64,000 bases of DNA from Felis catus (Eukaryota), in assembly GCF_018350175.1 (NCBI RefSeq), contig NC_058368.1, forward strand, positions 238,392,001 through 238,456,000, written 5' to 3'. Of the stretch, positions 37,935 through 48,906 are shown one piece after another. Under the pieces are notes generated by a model. That model saw nothing but the letters and a program-made list of their open reading frames with translations. It was not told the DNA's origin and did no database searches. Positions within the stretch are counted from its first letter, which is position 1. Every line of letters begins with the position of its first letter. The position numbers were made by a program, and so were the translations under genes.

Positions 37935-40161
37935 GGGGCGTGAGTCCCCCCCTCCTCCTAGGAGTGAGTCCCCTCCACCTCCTGCTGGGACTGAGTCCTC
38001 CCCCTCCTACCGGGAGCGAGTCCTCCCCACTCCTGGGAGTGAGTCCTCCCCCCTCCTGCTGGGAGCGAGTCCCCCCCCACCTACTGGGAATGAGTCCTCC
38101 CCCCTCCTACTGGGAGTGAGTCCTCCCACCTCCTACTGGGAGTGAGCCCCCCACCTCCTGCTGGGAGTGAGCCCCCACCTCCTGCTGGGAGTGAGTCCCC
38201 TCCACCTCCTACTGGGAGTGAGTCCTCCCCCCCCACTGGGAGTGAGTCCTCCCCCCCTCCTACTGGGACTGAGTCCTCCCCTCCTGGGAGTGAGCCCCCC
38301 CACCTCCTGCTGGGAGTGAGTCCCCCCCCACCTCCTACTGGGAGTGAGTCCTCCCCCCTCCTACTGGGAGTGAGTCCTCCCCCCTCCTACTGGGAGTGAG
38401 TCCTCCCCCCTTCTGGGAGTGAGTCCCCCACCTCCTGCTGGGAGTGAGTCCTCCCCCCTCCTACTGGGAGCGAGCCCTCCCCTCCTACTGGGAGCGAGTC
38501 CTCCCCTCCTACTGGGAGTGAGCCCTCCCCTCCTACTGGGAGCAGGTCTCCCCCCTTCTACTGGGAGTGAGCCCTCCCCCCTCCTACTGGGAGTGAGTCC
38601 TCCCCCCCCTTCTACTGGGAGTGAGCCCTCCCCTCCTACTGGGAGTGAGCCCCCCACCTCCTGCTGGGAATGAGTCCTCCCCCCTCCTACTGGGAGCGAG
38701 TCCTCCCCTCCTACTGGGAGTGAGTCCTCCCCTCCTACTGGGAGTGGGTCCTCCCCCCTCCTACTGGGAGTGAGCCCTCCCCCCCACCTACTGGGAGTGA
38801 GTCCTCCCCCCTTCTACTGGGAGTGAGTCCTCCCCCCTCCTACTGGGAGTGAGTCCTCCCCCCTCCTGAGAGTGAGTCCTCCCCCCTTCTACTGGGACTG
38901 AGTCCTCCCTCCCTTCTACTGGGAGTGAGTCCCCCCTTCTACTGGGACTCAGTCCTCCCTCCCTTCTACTGGGAGTGAGTCCCCCCTCCTACTGGGAGTG
39001 AGTCCTCCCCCTTCTACTGGGAGTGAGTCCCCCCTTCTACTGGGAGTGAGCCCCCCCACCTCCTGCTGGGAGTGAGCCCCCCCACCTCCTTCTGGGAGTG
39101 AGTCCTCCCCCCTCCTCCTGGGAGTGAGTCCTCCCCCCTTCTACTGGGAGTGAGCCCCCCACCTCCTGGGAGTGAGTCCTCCCCACCTCCTGCTGGGAGT
39201 GAGTCCTCCCCACCTCCTACTGGGAGTGAATCCTCCCCACCTCCTACTGAGATTGAGTCCTCCCCCCTTCTGGGAGTGACTCCTCCTCCCTCCTACTAGG
39301 AGCAAGTCCTCCCCTCCTTCTGGGAGTGAGTCCCCCCAGCTCCTCCTGGGAGTGAGTCCTCCCCCCTCCTACTGGGAGTGAGTCCCCCCTCCTATTGGGA
39401 GTGAGCCCCCCCACCTCCTGCTGGGAGTGAGCCCCCCCCACCTCCTTCTGGGAGTGAGTCCTCCCCCCTCCTCCTGGGAGTGAGTCCTCCCCCCTTCTAC
39501 TGGGAGTGAGCCCCCCACCTCCTGGGAGTGAGTCCTCCCCACCTCCTGCTGGGAGTGAGTCCTCCCCACCTCCTACTGGGAGTGAGTCCTCCCCCCTCCT
39601 GCTGGGAGTGAACCCCCCCACCTCCTGCTGGGAGTGAGTCCTCCCCCCTTCTACTGGGAGTGAGTCCTCCCCACCTCCTACTGAGATTGAGTCCTCCCCC
39701 CTTCTGGGAGTGACTCCTCCTCCCTCCTACTAGGAGCAAGTCCTCCCCTCCTTCTGGGACTGAGTCCCCCCAGCTCCTCCTGGGAGTGAGTCCTCCCCCC
39801 TCCTACTGGGAGTGAGTCCCCCCCACCTCCTACTGGGATTGAGTCCTCCCACCTCCTGGGAGTGAGTCCTCCCCACCTCCTACTGGGAGTGAGTCCTGCC
39901 CCCTCCTACTGGGAGTGAGTCCCCCCACCTCCTACTGGGATGGAGTCCTCCCCCTTTCTGGGAGTGACTCCTCCTCTCTCCTGGGAGTGAGTCTTCCCCC
40001 CTCCTACTGGGAGTAAGTCCTCCCCCCTCCTACTGGGAGTAAGTCCTCCCTCCTCCTACTGGGAGTAAGTCCTCCCCCCTCCTACTGGGAGTGACTCCTC
40101 CCCCCTCCTGGGAGTGAGTCCTCCCCACCTCCTACTGGGAGTGAGTCCCCCTCCTGCTGGG
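37935..40161. repeat. About 2.2 kb minisatellite, ~24-30-bp unit, in intron 3
   Basis: Unit ctgggagtgagtcctccccc(c/a)ctccta; about 430-bp internal duplication (gagattgagt...ctaggagcaagt at ~39250 and ~39683). Confidence 0.98.
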
Positions 40162-40404
40162 CGGCACAGGTCACACCCATGTGACCTAGGCACTTGTCCT
40201 GGGTCTGTTCTTTCCTTCTCTTACGGTTGCTTTGCAGCATCTGTTGTTACAACTTTTATATCTCGTGCACACACAAGTGGCCCCAGATGTCGTGACGTGT
40301 TGGAGCATGTCATCAGCTTCAGTATCACACAGGCACTCTAATGCCTGGGGACAGCTCCCCAGCTGTGTCCCAGAGCACTGGTTCCTGTACCGGAAGCCCA
40401 GCTG

Positions 40405-40760
40405 TGCAAGTGTCCCTCGGCCTCGTGACAAATTACCAAACTGGTGGCTTAAGAGAGCGGAAGCTTCTACCCCCTTCTGGAGCCAGAAGTCCAAGGCTGG
40501 GGTGTCCCAGGGCCGCCCTCCCTCCGGAGGCCTTCAGGAAAGATCCCTCCTGCCTCTTCCAGCTCCTGGTGGCCCCGCGTCCCTCGTCACAGGCCGCCTC
40601 TGTGTGTGTGTCTTTTATAAGGACGCCTGTCCTTGGATGGTCTAGGGTGGTCTCGTCTTCAGATCCGTAACTAGTTACGTCCGCGAAGAACGTTTTCCCT
40701 GATAAGGTTTCGTGCACAGGTTCTGGGGGTTCAGATGTGGACACGTCAGGACATGTGGGC
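40405..40760 (-). mobile_element. MaLR LTR (MLT1C-like)
   Basis: acaaattaccaaactggtggcttaa...ttctggagccagaagtccaag...cttttataaggac. Confidence 0.75.
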
Positions 40761-40889
40761 TCCAGGTTTCTCTTCTAAGATGTATCTTCCCACGTTTAGA
40801 CCCTCTTTCCCGACAACCATCCTCTTTGGTGGTGGGAGCACTGACCCACCCCCTCACCAGGGGGCCGTGTGGCACATGTGGCCTGTGGC

Positions 40890-41250
40890 GCATGGCTGGG
40901 CTTGCGGCTGCCTCACCCGTGCTGGGTGGTGTTGATTTCTCCACCTGGGCCAGAAGTGCAGAGCATAGGTGTGGACAGGGCAGGTCCTGGGCGGCGGTGG
41001 GGGGGCGGGGAGGGGAGTCCACACAGCCCCCTGCAGCCCCTGGCCCTTCCCCGCAGTCCTTGGTGTCCCGTGGCCTCCTCCTCGTCTTGTGAGGACACCG
41101 GGCCTGGGCTGGGGCCCTCCCCACTCCGGGACCACCTCGTCATACATTTGCATCTGCAGACGCCCTGTTTCCAAATGAAGTCACGGTCCTAGGTCACTGG
41201 GGTTAGGATGACAGCCTGTGTTTTCAAGAGACACGGTGTGCCCATAATAG
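40890..41250 (-). mobile_element. Second degraded MLT1-like LTR
   Basis: cttgtgaggacacc...catctgcagacgccctgtttccaaatgaagtcac...ggggttagga...cccataata; left boundary uncertain. Confidence 0.6.
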
Positions 41251-41558
41251 GGGCGGGTGGGGTTTAAGCCACATGCCTGGGGCCCTTCTGACCCTGGAGC
41301 CTTCCCCGCCGTCCTCTGTTAGCAGGGGTGCGGTCAGCCTCATTCTTCTCACTTTATCCTGATGGACAGGCCCACGGACGCTGTGGTTACTGCGGACCTT
41401 GCAGGGTGTGGGGCTGCGTGCTGCCGTGTGAGGGAGCTTTGCCGATGCTCGGTTCCCTCAGGGTCACGCATCGACTGCGGCCTGCCCCTCAGGGCCACTG
41501 CTGTCCCTCCTCCAGTCCTGTGGCCTGTTCCCACACGAGTGCCTTCCTTCCCTTCCAG

Positions 41559-41671
41559 CTCTGATAAAGTACATCCGGCCGGTGTTCGTGTCCCGGTCGG
41601 ACCAGGATTCCCGCAGGAAGACCGTGGAGGAGATCAGGAGGCGGGCACAGTCGAACGGAAAGTGGCCACAG
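41559..41671 (+). CDS. LPCAT1: LPCAT1 exon 4 (TLIKYIRPVFVSRSDQDSRRKTVEEIRRRAQSNGKWPQ)
   Basis: ccttccag|CT CTG ATA...CCA CAG|gtagca, 113 nt. Confidence 0.97.
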
Positions 41672-42504
41672 GTAGCACAGTCACGTTTTCAGCAGATCTG
41701 TCCCGAGAGATGTGAACTTACAGGTGGGGCCGGGTAGTGGGGAACCAAAGGGCCAGAACTGGCCTTCCCTGGGGCCGGATTTGTTGTTTCATTTTATTTT
41801 TGAGGAGTGTGTGAATTCAGGATTGTGCTAACCTTGGGGTACTTTGGGTCCTGAAATTTTAAAATTCAAACAAGGGAAGCATCGCCATGCCTGTCTCAAG
41901 TTGCTGAAGCCTCTGTATTGAAAGGCGTCTCCCCGTAAGCTCGAACCGGGCAGAAGCTGGCTAACCTGGGCTCCGTGGTTGGCACAATCCCACGTCTCAG
42001 CGGCACGTCGGTCCGTGAGGCCTGTCCACTCCTTGTGAAGAGCCTGGACGGAGCCCCGCGGGAAGGTCCTGACCCGGCTGCAGGCCTGTGTCGGCTGAGG
42101 ACGGTTTCAGTCACGCTGTGTATCCTCCCTCCAACGCCGAAGGGCTGGATTCTGTGGGACTCTGTGGGTTCTAGATGTTCAGGAAACCCCAGAAGGCCTG
42201 GCTCTCGGGTCCCTGTGCCCCTGGGCAGCCCCACGATTGAGAGCGGCTGCGTGGCCACGTGAGCCATATTTTCCAACGTCGGGGGGACTTATATTATGTC
42301 GCTGGGGTCAGCGTGAGTCCGAGTGATTGCAGATCCGGCTGGGGAGGAGTTTAACCACATGTGTGGTGTTGCCGCTCTGGCCCGGCTCGGTTCCTTCCGC
42401 CCACGGCCCTCACCTGTGTGCCTTTGCTGCCTGTGTCTCTGTGGGGGCCCACTCCACACTGGCAGTGTGTCCCCGGGCGGCAGCACCTGGGCCTCATAGC
42501 AGCT

Positions 42505-43006
42505 GTGAGCACACCCTTGTGAGCACTCCCCCTCATGAGCACTCCCCCTCATGAGCACAACCCTCGTGAGCACACCCCCTCGTGAGCACTCCCCTCGTGA
42601 GCACACCCTCCTGAGCACTCCCCCTTGTGAGCACTCCCCATCGTGAGCACACCCTCCTGAGCACTCCCCCTCGTGAGCACACCCCTTGTGAGCACTCCCC
42701 CTCGTGAGCACTCCCCCTCATGAGCACAACCCTCGTGAGCACACCCCCTCGTGAGCACTCCCCACGTGAGCACTCCCCTCGTGAGCACACCCTCCTGAAC
42801 ACTCCCCCTCGTGAGCACACCCCTCGTGAGCACACCCTCCTGAGCACTCCCCATCGTGAGCACACCCTCCTGAGCACTCCCCCTCGTGAGCACTCCCCCT
42901 CGTGAGCACACCCCTTGTGAGCACTCCCCCTCGTGAGTAAACTCCCTCGTGAGCACACCCCTCGTGAGCACACCCTCCTGAGCACTCCCCCTCGTGAGCA
43001 CTCCCC
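42505..43006. repeat. 14-16-bp minisatellite in intron 4, about 33 copies
   Basis: Units gtgagcactccccctc / gtgagcacacccctc. Confidence 0.96.
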
Positions 43007-43222
43007 TTTGCACACTCGAAGGAGGCTGTGTTGTGTGTAGGTCTGCACTTCCAGACTTTAGAACCCGTGCTTGGAGAGGAAATCCGTCCGTGTATGCCTT
43101 CGTCCTGTGTCTGACCCGTTTCAACGGAGTAGATTAAACATCTGAAGTATGTCAGCAGCAGAGAAAATAGATTCTATTCTGAATTATGTCTAAGATTCAC
43201 CTTTTTTTCTTTTCATTCCAAG

Positions 43223-43283
43223 ATCATGATTTTTCCAGAAGGAACATGTACCAACAGGACATGCCTAATTACCTTCAAGCCTG
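43223..43283 (+). CDS. LPCAT1: LPCAT1 exon 5 (IMIFPEGTCTNRTCLITFKP, motif 3)
   Basis: ttcattccaag|ATC ATG...CCT G|gtatgt, 61 nt. Confidence 0.97.
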
Positions 43284-43293
43284 GTATGTAGGG

Positions 43294-43514
43294 TTTTTTT
43301 TTTATTTTTTTTAACGTTTTATTCATTTTTGAGAGAGAAAGACAGAGCATAAGCAAGGGAGGCGCAGAGAGACAGGGAGACACAGAATCCGAAGCAGGCT
43401 CCAGGCTCCGAGCTGTCAGCACAGAGCCCGACGTGGGGCTCGAACCCACGAACTGTGAAATCATGACCTGAACTGAAGTCGGACGCTCGACCGACTGAGC
43501 CACCCAGGCGCCCC
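43294..43514 (-). mobile_element. CAN-SINE (SINEC_Fc-like) in intron 5
   Basis: PolyT, (GA)n, acacagaatccgaagcaggctccagg...ctgagccacccaggcgcccc. Confidence 0.95.
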
Positions 43515-43830
43515 TGTAGTTTTCTTAATTCCACAGAGAAATTCCTCCTCGAGAAAGCAGGGGAGACCCTTGCTCCCACCGGTGCCTCCCAGATTTCCCA
43601 CAAAAGTACACCCCAGGCCAGAGACGCTCCTGGGGGACGGGCTGTGAGCCTGGGGTTCCCCTGAGATTTCACAGCTGGCAGCCATGTTGAGGGTCCCTCC
43701 AGGCACCTTAATAAGACTTCTGACCAGGAGGGCGAGGGAGAAAAGCTCACGTTAACTCCAAGACCAGCATGAGAGGCGCCAGCGCGGGGCCCGCGGCCCG
43801 GGAACTAGGACGCTGCCCTTTCCCCCGCAG

Positions 43831-43889
43831 GTGCGTTCATCCCAGGAGTTCCTGTCCAGCCTGTGGTTCTGCGGTACCCGAACAAACTG
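43831..43889 (+). CDS. LPCAT1: LPCAT1 exon 6 (GAFIPGVPVQPVVLRYPNKL)
   Basis: tcccccgcag|GT GCG...AAA CTG|gtgagc, 59 nt. Confidence 0.97.
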
Positions 43890-45636
43890 GTGAGCGTGTT
43901 TCCCGGGGATTCCGGTGATTTACTTGGGAATGAGAGTTTGAAGACGTTTCAGGCACCGTTTGTAGTCAATCCCGACATTCCAGACGCTTCAGTATTCGTG
44001 CGTGAAGTCCTGTTTTCGTGGGTCGTGAGCGGAGGCCCTTCCTGTCTGTTCGGTCTGGTGGTTTGATGTGAGACGGGCCCCCATGTCCCCAGGAGCCTTC
44101 ACTGCCTGTTTACCAGGAAACACTAAAATGAAGAGTGCTTAAGTTCTGAAAGGCTGGAGACCGCAGGAGGGAAAGGAACTAAGTGACTGGGTATTTAATA
44201 CGCCGTTGTTGTGCGTCTGGCTCCGTGCAGAGGTCTCTGCTTGTGACAGAGCAGAGTAAAAGAAGGGCGTGTGGGGCTCCGAGGGCCTGGGGGATCCCGA
44301 CGGACCCCCAGCTCAGGGGAGGCAGGGAGCTGGACGAAGCCTCGCGGGTTCTGGTCACAGGCCCCCGTGCCCTCCGCCGCCACCTCTGTAAGAGCATCTC
44401 ACTTCTGCCAGAACCCTGCCAGGGGGACGTCCTTGTACCTCGACAGGCGTCGGGCTCTCGTAGCTGAGACCGGGCCACAGGGACTTGTGTCCTCGGGCCC
44501 TGCCTGGGCACTGGATGCGCTGGACTGTTTCTTGACGGAGGACACAGGAGGTGGGTTTGTCACAGCGAGCTGTGTCTCTGTCCCACCGTGTCTTTGTGAC
44601 AGCGAAACAGAAACTCCCGAGTCGCAGCACGGTGGGGTCTGGAGTTGCTGGCACGGATGGGGGCAGAGTTGTGGGTGACGTCTGTGCCTTCAGGTGCAGA
44701 CGGACACAAAAGAGGCCCCCAGGGTGGCCAGTGAGTAAACGTCAGAAGCGGAAGCCACGGAAACCGACAGGTGGCACAGTCTCACGGTACGTGACCGGAG
44801 AGGTGCGTGCGTCAGCCGGCGTCTGAGAGTCAGAGAATCTGTCATCGACGTGTAGAATTCTAGGTTTTCCACTTCTTAAGTTTGCTTTGTCAACTTAGTT
44901 TAAGCAAATTGCCTCTCCTGGGTTCTTCTAGAAGCATTCGGCCTGGCTGCTTTGCAGTCTCTTCTCGTTGGCCTGTGTCGTCCTCTTTAGCTGCATAATT
45001 TCCCGGAAAACCGCCACTGACCACTTTGCACCCGGTCCTGTGGGGAGGAGGGTGGGCCAGGGCCATGGGGTCGGCGGCCGGAGAAGCCCGAGGTCGGGGT
45101 CGGGGAGGGGAGGGTGTTCAGCAGCCTGTGGGAAGGACTTCAGAAGAAAGCCCACGTGGGGGACCGGCGTCAGGGTAGAAACAGGGCGCGTGTCCTCTGA
45201 CGTCCGTCCCCGCCCAGTGCTGGCACAGCAGCGAAGACCGAGGGTGGGGGGCGTCCACAAGTCTCGGGGTGCTGGGCACGCACAGGCCCCGCAGTGGGGG
45301 TACAGGTGGGTGTGGGTTGGAACGCACCTCACGCGGTAGGGACCGCTCCCGAGGGCCCGCACAAGGCAGGCTCCTGGGCCGTAGACCGAAGCTGCGGGAC
45401 GGCTTGAACAAGGGACAGGACGAGGGATGCACCGGCCCTGGAGCCGTGGGAGGAGAGGAGTGTGTCTAGAGCGGCCCGGAGGTGGTCGCCACCCGCCTGC
45501 CCCCTTGTCCCAGAGCAGACTGGGGAAGAAGAGGGCGCCGGCGTCTTGGCGAGAGACGGGCAGGTCGAGGCCAGGACGGAGGGCGGGCGCACGCTGGGTC
45601 AGCTGTGACTCATCCTGCTCCTTTCTTGCCCCCCAG

Positions 45637-45671
45637 GACACCATCACGTGGACGTGGCAAGGACCTGGAGC
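45637..45671 (+). CDS. LPCAT1: LPCAT1 exon 7 (DTITWTWQGPGA)
   Basis: ccccccag|GAC ACC...GGA GC|gtaagt, 35 nt. Confidence 0.96.
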
Positions 45672-46819
45672 GTAAGTGAGACACCGCGCGCTCTCACGCG
45701 TCCTGTCCTCCCCAGAGAGCACAGTGGCCCCTCAAGCGACTGGCCTGCACTTTGGCCTGCGTTGTGCACACGTGGGAACTCTGGACGCGTGACCCGCTGC
45801 TGTTCAACAGCAGTTCAGTTCTGCCCCCTGTGCGCACCAGGTGTACAAACCTGGCCCGTTCTCACCCTCCTGGCGTCCAGGACCTAAGTTCGTTGTGGGA
45901 AGGTAACCGGGAGTGGCTCTCCTTCCCACTTGCGCCTGTCGGCTCGGTGACCAGCGTCACGTCGGACGCCTGTGGCTGCTAGGAAGGGAGGGGAGCTGCG
46001 GGGACGGCCCCCGTCTCAGGCCCGGGGGCTCCAGGACAGCAGGCCTCCCCACGACGCCAGCATTCGAGCTGCTGTCTGGCGGTGGGAAGGGGCTGGTGGG
46101 GCCAGGCCCCCAGGCCTCGCCAAGGCATTTGGAACGGGATGCTGGGAAGACTCCCTAAAGGGCAGCGTCTGCGCCGGCGAGGGGGGGGGGATAGCGTTGC
46201 GGGGGCTGGAGTGTGGAGGGTGGGTGGCGCGAAGCAAGAGGGAAGCTGGGAGAGGCAGGAGGGGGCTCCTCCGGGCTGTGGCGGTCAGGCCTGGGGGTGG
46301 CCGTGACGGGGCAGAAGTCGGGTGCGCACGGGGTTAAGAGGGCGCTCGTCCACTGTGGAGGGTGAGTGATGGCCCGAGGACAGGACTCGGATGGCTCCCC
46401 TTGTCCAACTTCTGCAAAGAACAGGGTGGTGATGCCGGTCAGGAGCTCTAGGGCCGGGCCCGGAGAGGTCTGCGTCACTGGGGACGGCCAGGTCGGGGAC
46501 AGCGTCAGGTAGGCGAGGTGTCCCGAGCTGGAGGACACTCGGGGGAAACGTGGCATGCAGGGCAAAGGAGGGCTGCAGGGTCGGTGCATTCAGTAGGGAC
46601 AGGGAAGTCCCCTGTTCAGTAAAGGTGGCCCCATCCTCCTCACTGCTGCGAGGTTCGGGTCAGGCTGAGGGAGGCTCGGCGTCCGCTGAAAGAATTCACC
46701 GCACAGTGGTGCCCTCTGCAGGGGAAGGCATCCGCAGGCTCTGCTCCAGAATCGAAAGTAGTTTAAACAAAATCGAGAATCCTTTAACCAATGCTGTAAA
46801 TCTGTTTGTTCGTTTTAAG

Positions 46820-46874
46820 GTTGAAAATCCTGTGGCTCACGCTCTGTCAGTTTCACAATCGAGTGGAAATCGAG
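46820..46874 (+). CDS. LPCAT1: LPCAT1 exon 8 (LKILWLTLCQFHNRVEIE)
   Basis: gttttaag|G TTG AAA...ATC GAG|gtttgt, 55 nt. Confidence 0.96.
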
Positions 46875-48823
46875 GTTTGTATAGATGCGGCGTCCTCTAC
46901 AATATCACGTCGGGGTTTATAAAGGTAGGAACCTTAGTGTTGGCATAGAGGTCCGCGTAGATGCACCGCGATACGGTGTTACGTCGGACTCTATACAGAT
47001 ACAGCGTCGCACAGGGTTATCCTCTGTGCAGATACAGCTCAGGCAACCTTCACTGGGGTGTATACAGATACAATGTTGTATTAACGTCTGTACCAACAGA
47101 TGTGATACAGCGTCTGCAGGTAAAGTTGTATGTTGACGTCTACACGGATACAGCGTTTCACAGTCTGTGACTGGGGACTCTACGTATACGAGTTGAGCAT
47201 TGTTACGTCGTCCGTACAGATGTAATGTCGTGTTGGTGTCGTGCAAACACAACGTGACGTTACCTGTGTGGACGTGGTGTTAGCGGATACTGTGTCATAG
47301 TTGTGTCTGTGCGGATGTGTTGTACGACGTCGGGGTCTCCACAGACACAGTGTTACGTGTTGTCGCGGCACATACTATACAGTGTCACGTTGTGTCTCAG
47401 TGTTATACGCATCTGTCTTGCTTTGCAGCTCCTTAGAGGTACTTCCCGTGGCTTTTCATCAATCGCATTGTGTCTCTTGCATGATTTTTAATCCATTTAC
47501 ATAGGATTTTAAAAATCCACAACCATCTTTTAACACGGTTAGCAAATTGGCACATACGCGGTGAGTTATGTTTTGGCGTTTTTACGTGGTCTGATACTGG
47601 CGAGTTCACGTGGCACATGTCTCGTACTGCTGTTTTCTGTTTGATGCTCGGTCGGATCACATAACCTGCCTCCCGGCTTGCAGCCCGTTGGGTGTCCCCG
47701 AGTCACGACTCCTGTTCCCTCCACTCTGTTAAATAGTCACAATCGTGCAGCCTGCATGTTTCATCCAAGTGCATGAGGGAGGAGGGTTCCTTTTTAAGAA
47801 GGGAACCAATAGGCTAGTCCCGCACTGCAGAGTAGGGATGGCCCGTTCATGGCGTGGAGGGTGTAACGAGACAACGTCCTTCCGGTAAAAGTTGTCATGT
47901 TGCACCGAACTTACTGATGAGCCTGGCTTTCGGCCGGAACTCCGGGTTTGTTACTTCAGGAGAACAGAAGCCACTTAATCACAACAGGCTGAAGCAAAGG
48001 GTCCCCGGCCCGCATCGGAGGGTGGCGGGCCTGCCCCTTAGAACTTTGTATGTGGCTCGTGTGCCGGTGGCCCGGAAGCAGCCGGTGCAGGGGCCTCAGA
48101 GGACCGTGCCTCCGGTGTGAACTCCATTTCACGCCTCGTTTCTGATGTTCTGAGTTCAAAAGACACAATGACTTTTTGAAATCGCTCTAAGTGTCTTTAC
48201 TCACGCCATGCTTACGGGTGTCCGTGAACACCTGTTGTGACTTCCACGGCGTCTAGTTCATGGTGCCGGGTGAATGAAGTCACGTGATGAGGACTGGTGG
48301 GGTTTCGGGATGTCCTTGTACTGTCAGATGTCTGTGATAAAGAGAGAGGGCACAGTGACGCCTGCACACAGTGGGGCGGCAGCAGAGCGTGGGACTCACT
48401 CATTAAAAGCGCCGCTCACGCGAATGCACACTTCCGTGGGACGGTTTGTCATAATCTGAAAATGCAGCGGATGTCAAATCTGGTGCTTTTTCATGAGGAA
48501 ATAGTTTGTCGTGTTACCCCCAACACCAGCTGAGGCCTTTCGAGAGGAAGGCACACAAGTAACTTTTTTGCATCCGTAGAGGAAGATTCCGTGTGAGATT
48601 GTCACCCACTGCGCCTGCAGGCAGGGGGCGCTCCTGCCCAGGAGTCGTGGGTTGTGAGTGTTCACACACGTGTCCCTGCGTGCGTGCATGTGCACCGTGG
48701 CCACTTTGAAGATGGTTCTAACGGAAAGTGCTTTGACAGACCTTAATCGTGTCAGACTTGCGACCGTCACCTCCGGTGGCCTGGTGATGCCCGTGGAAGT
48801 AACTCGGCCTTCTCTGTGCTCAG

Positions 48824-48906
48824 TTCCTTCCCGTGTACAGCCCCTCGGACGAGGAGAAGAAGGACCCGGCCCTGTATGCCAGCAACGTGCGGCGCGTCAT
48901 GGCAGA
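48824..48906 (+). CDS. LPCAT1: LPCAT1 exon 9 (FLPVYSPSDEEKKDPALYASNVRRVMAE)
   Basis: gtgctcag|TTC CTT...GCA GA|gtgagt, 83 nt. Confidence 0.97.

Noticed and set aside
37935..40161. CRISPR-like appearance of the repeat arrays
   Set aside because: No unique spacers, no cas genes, mammalian context; these are head-to-tail tandem repeats
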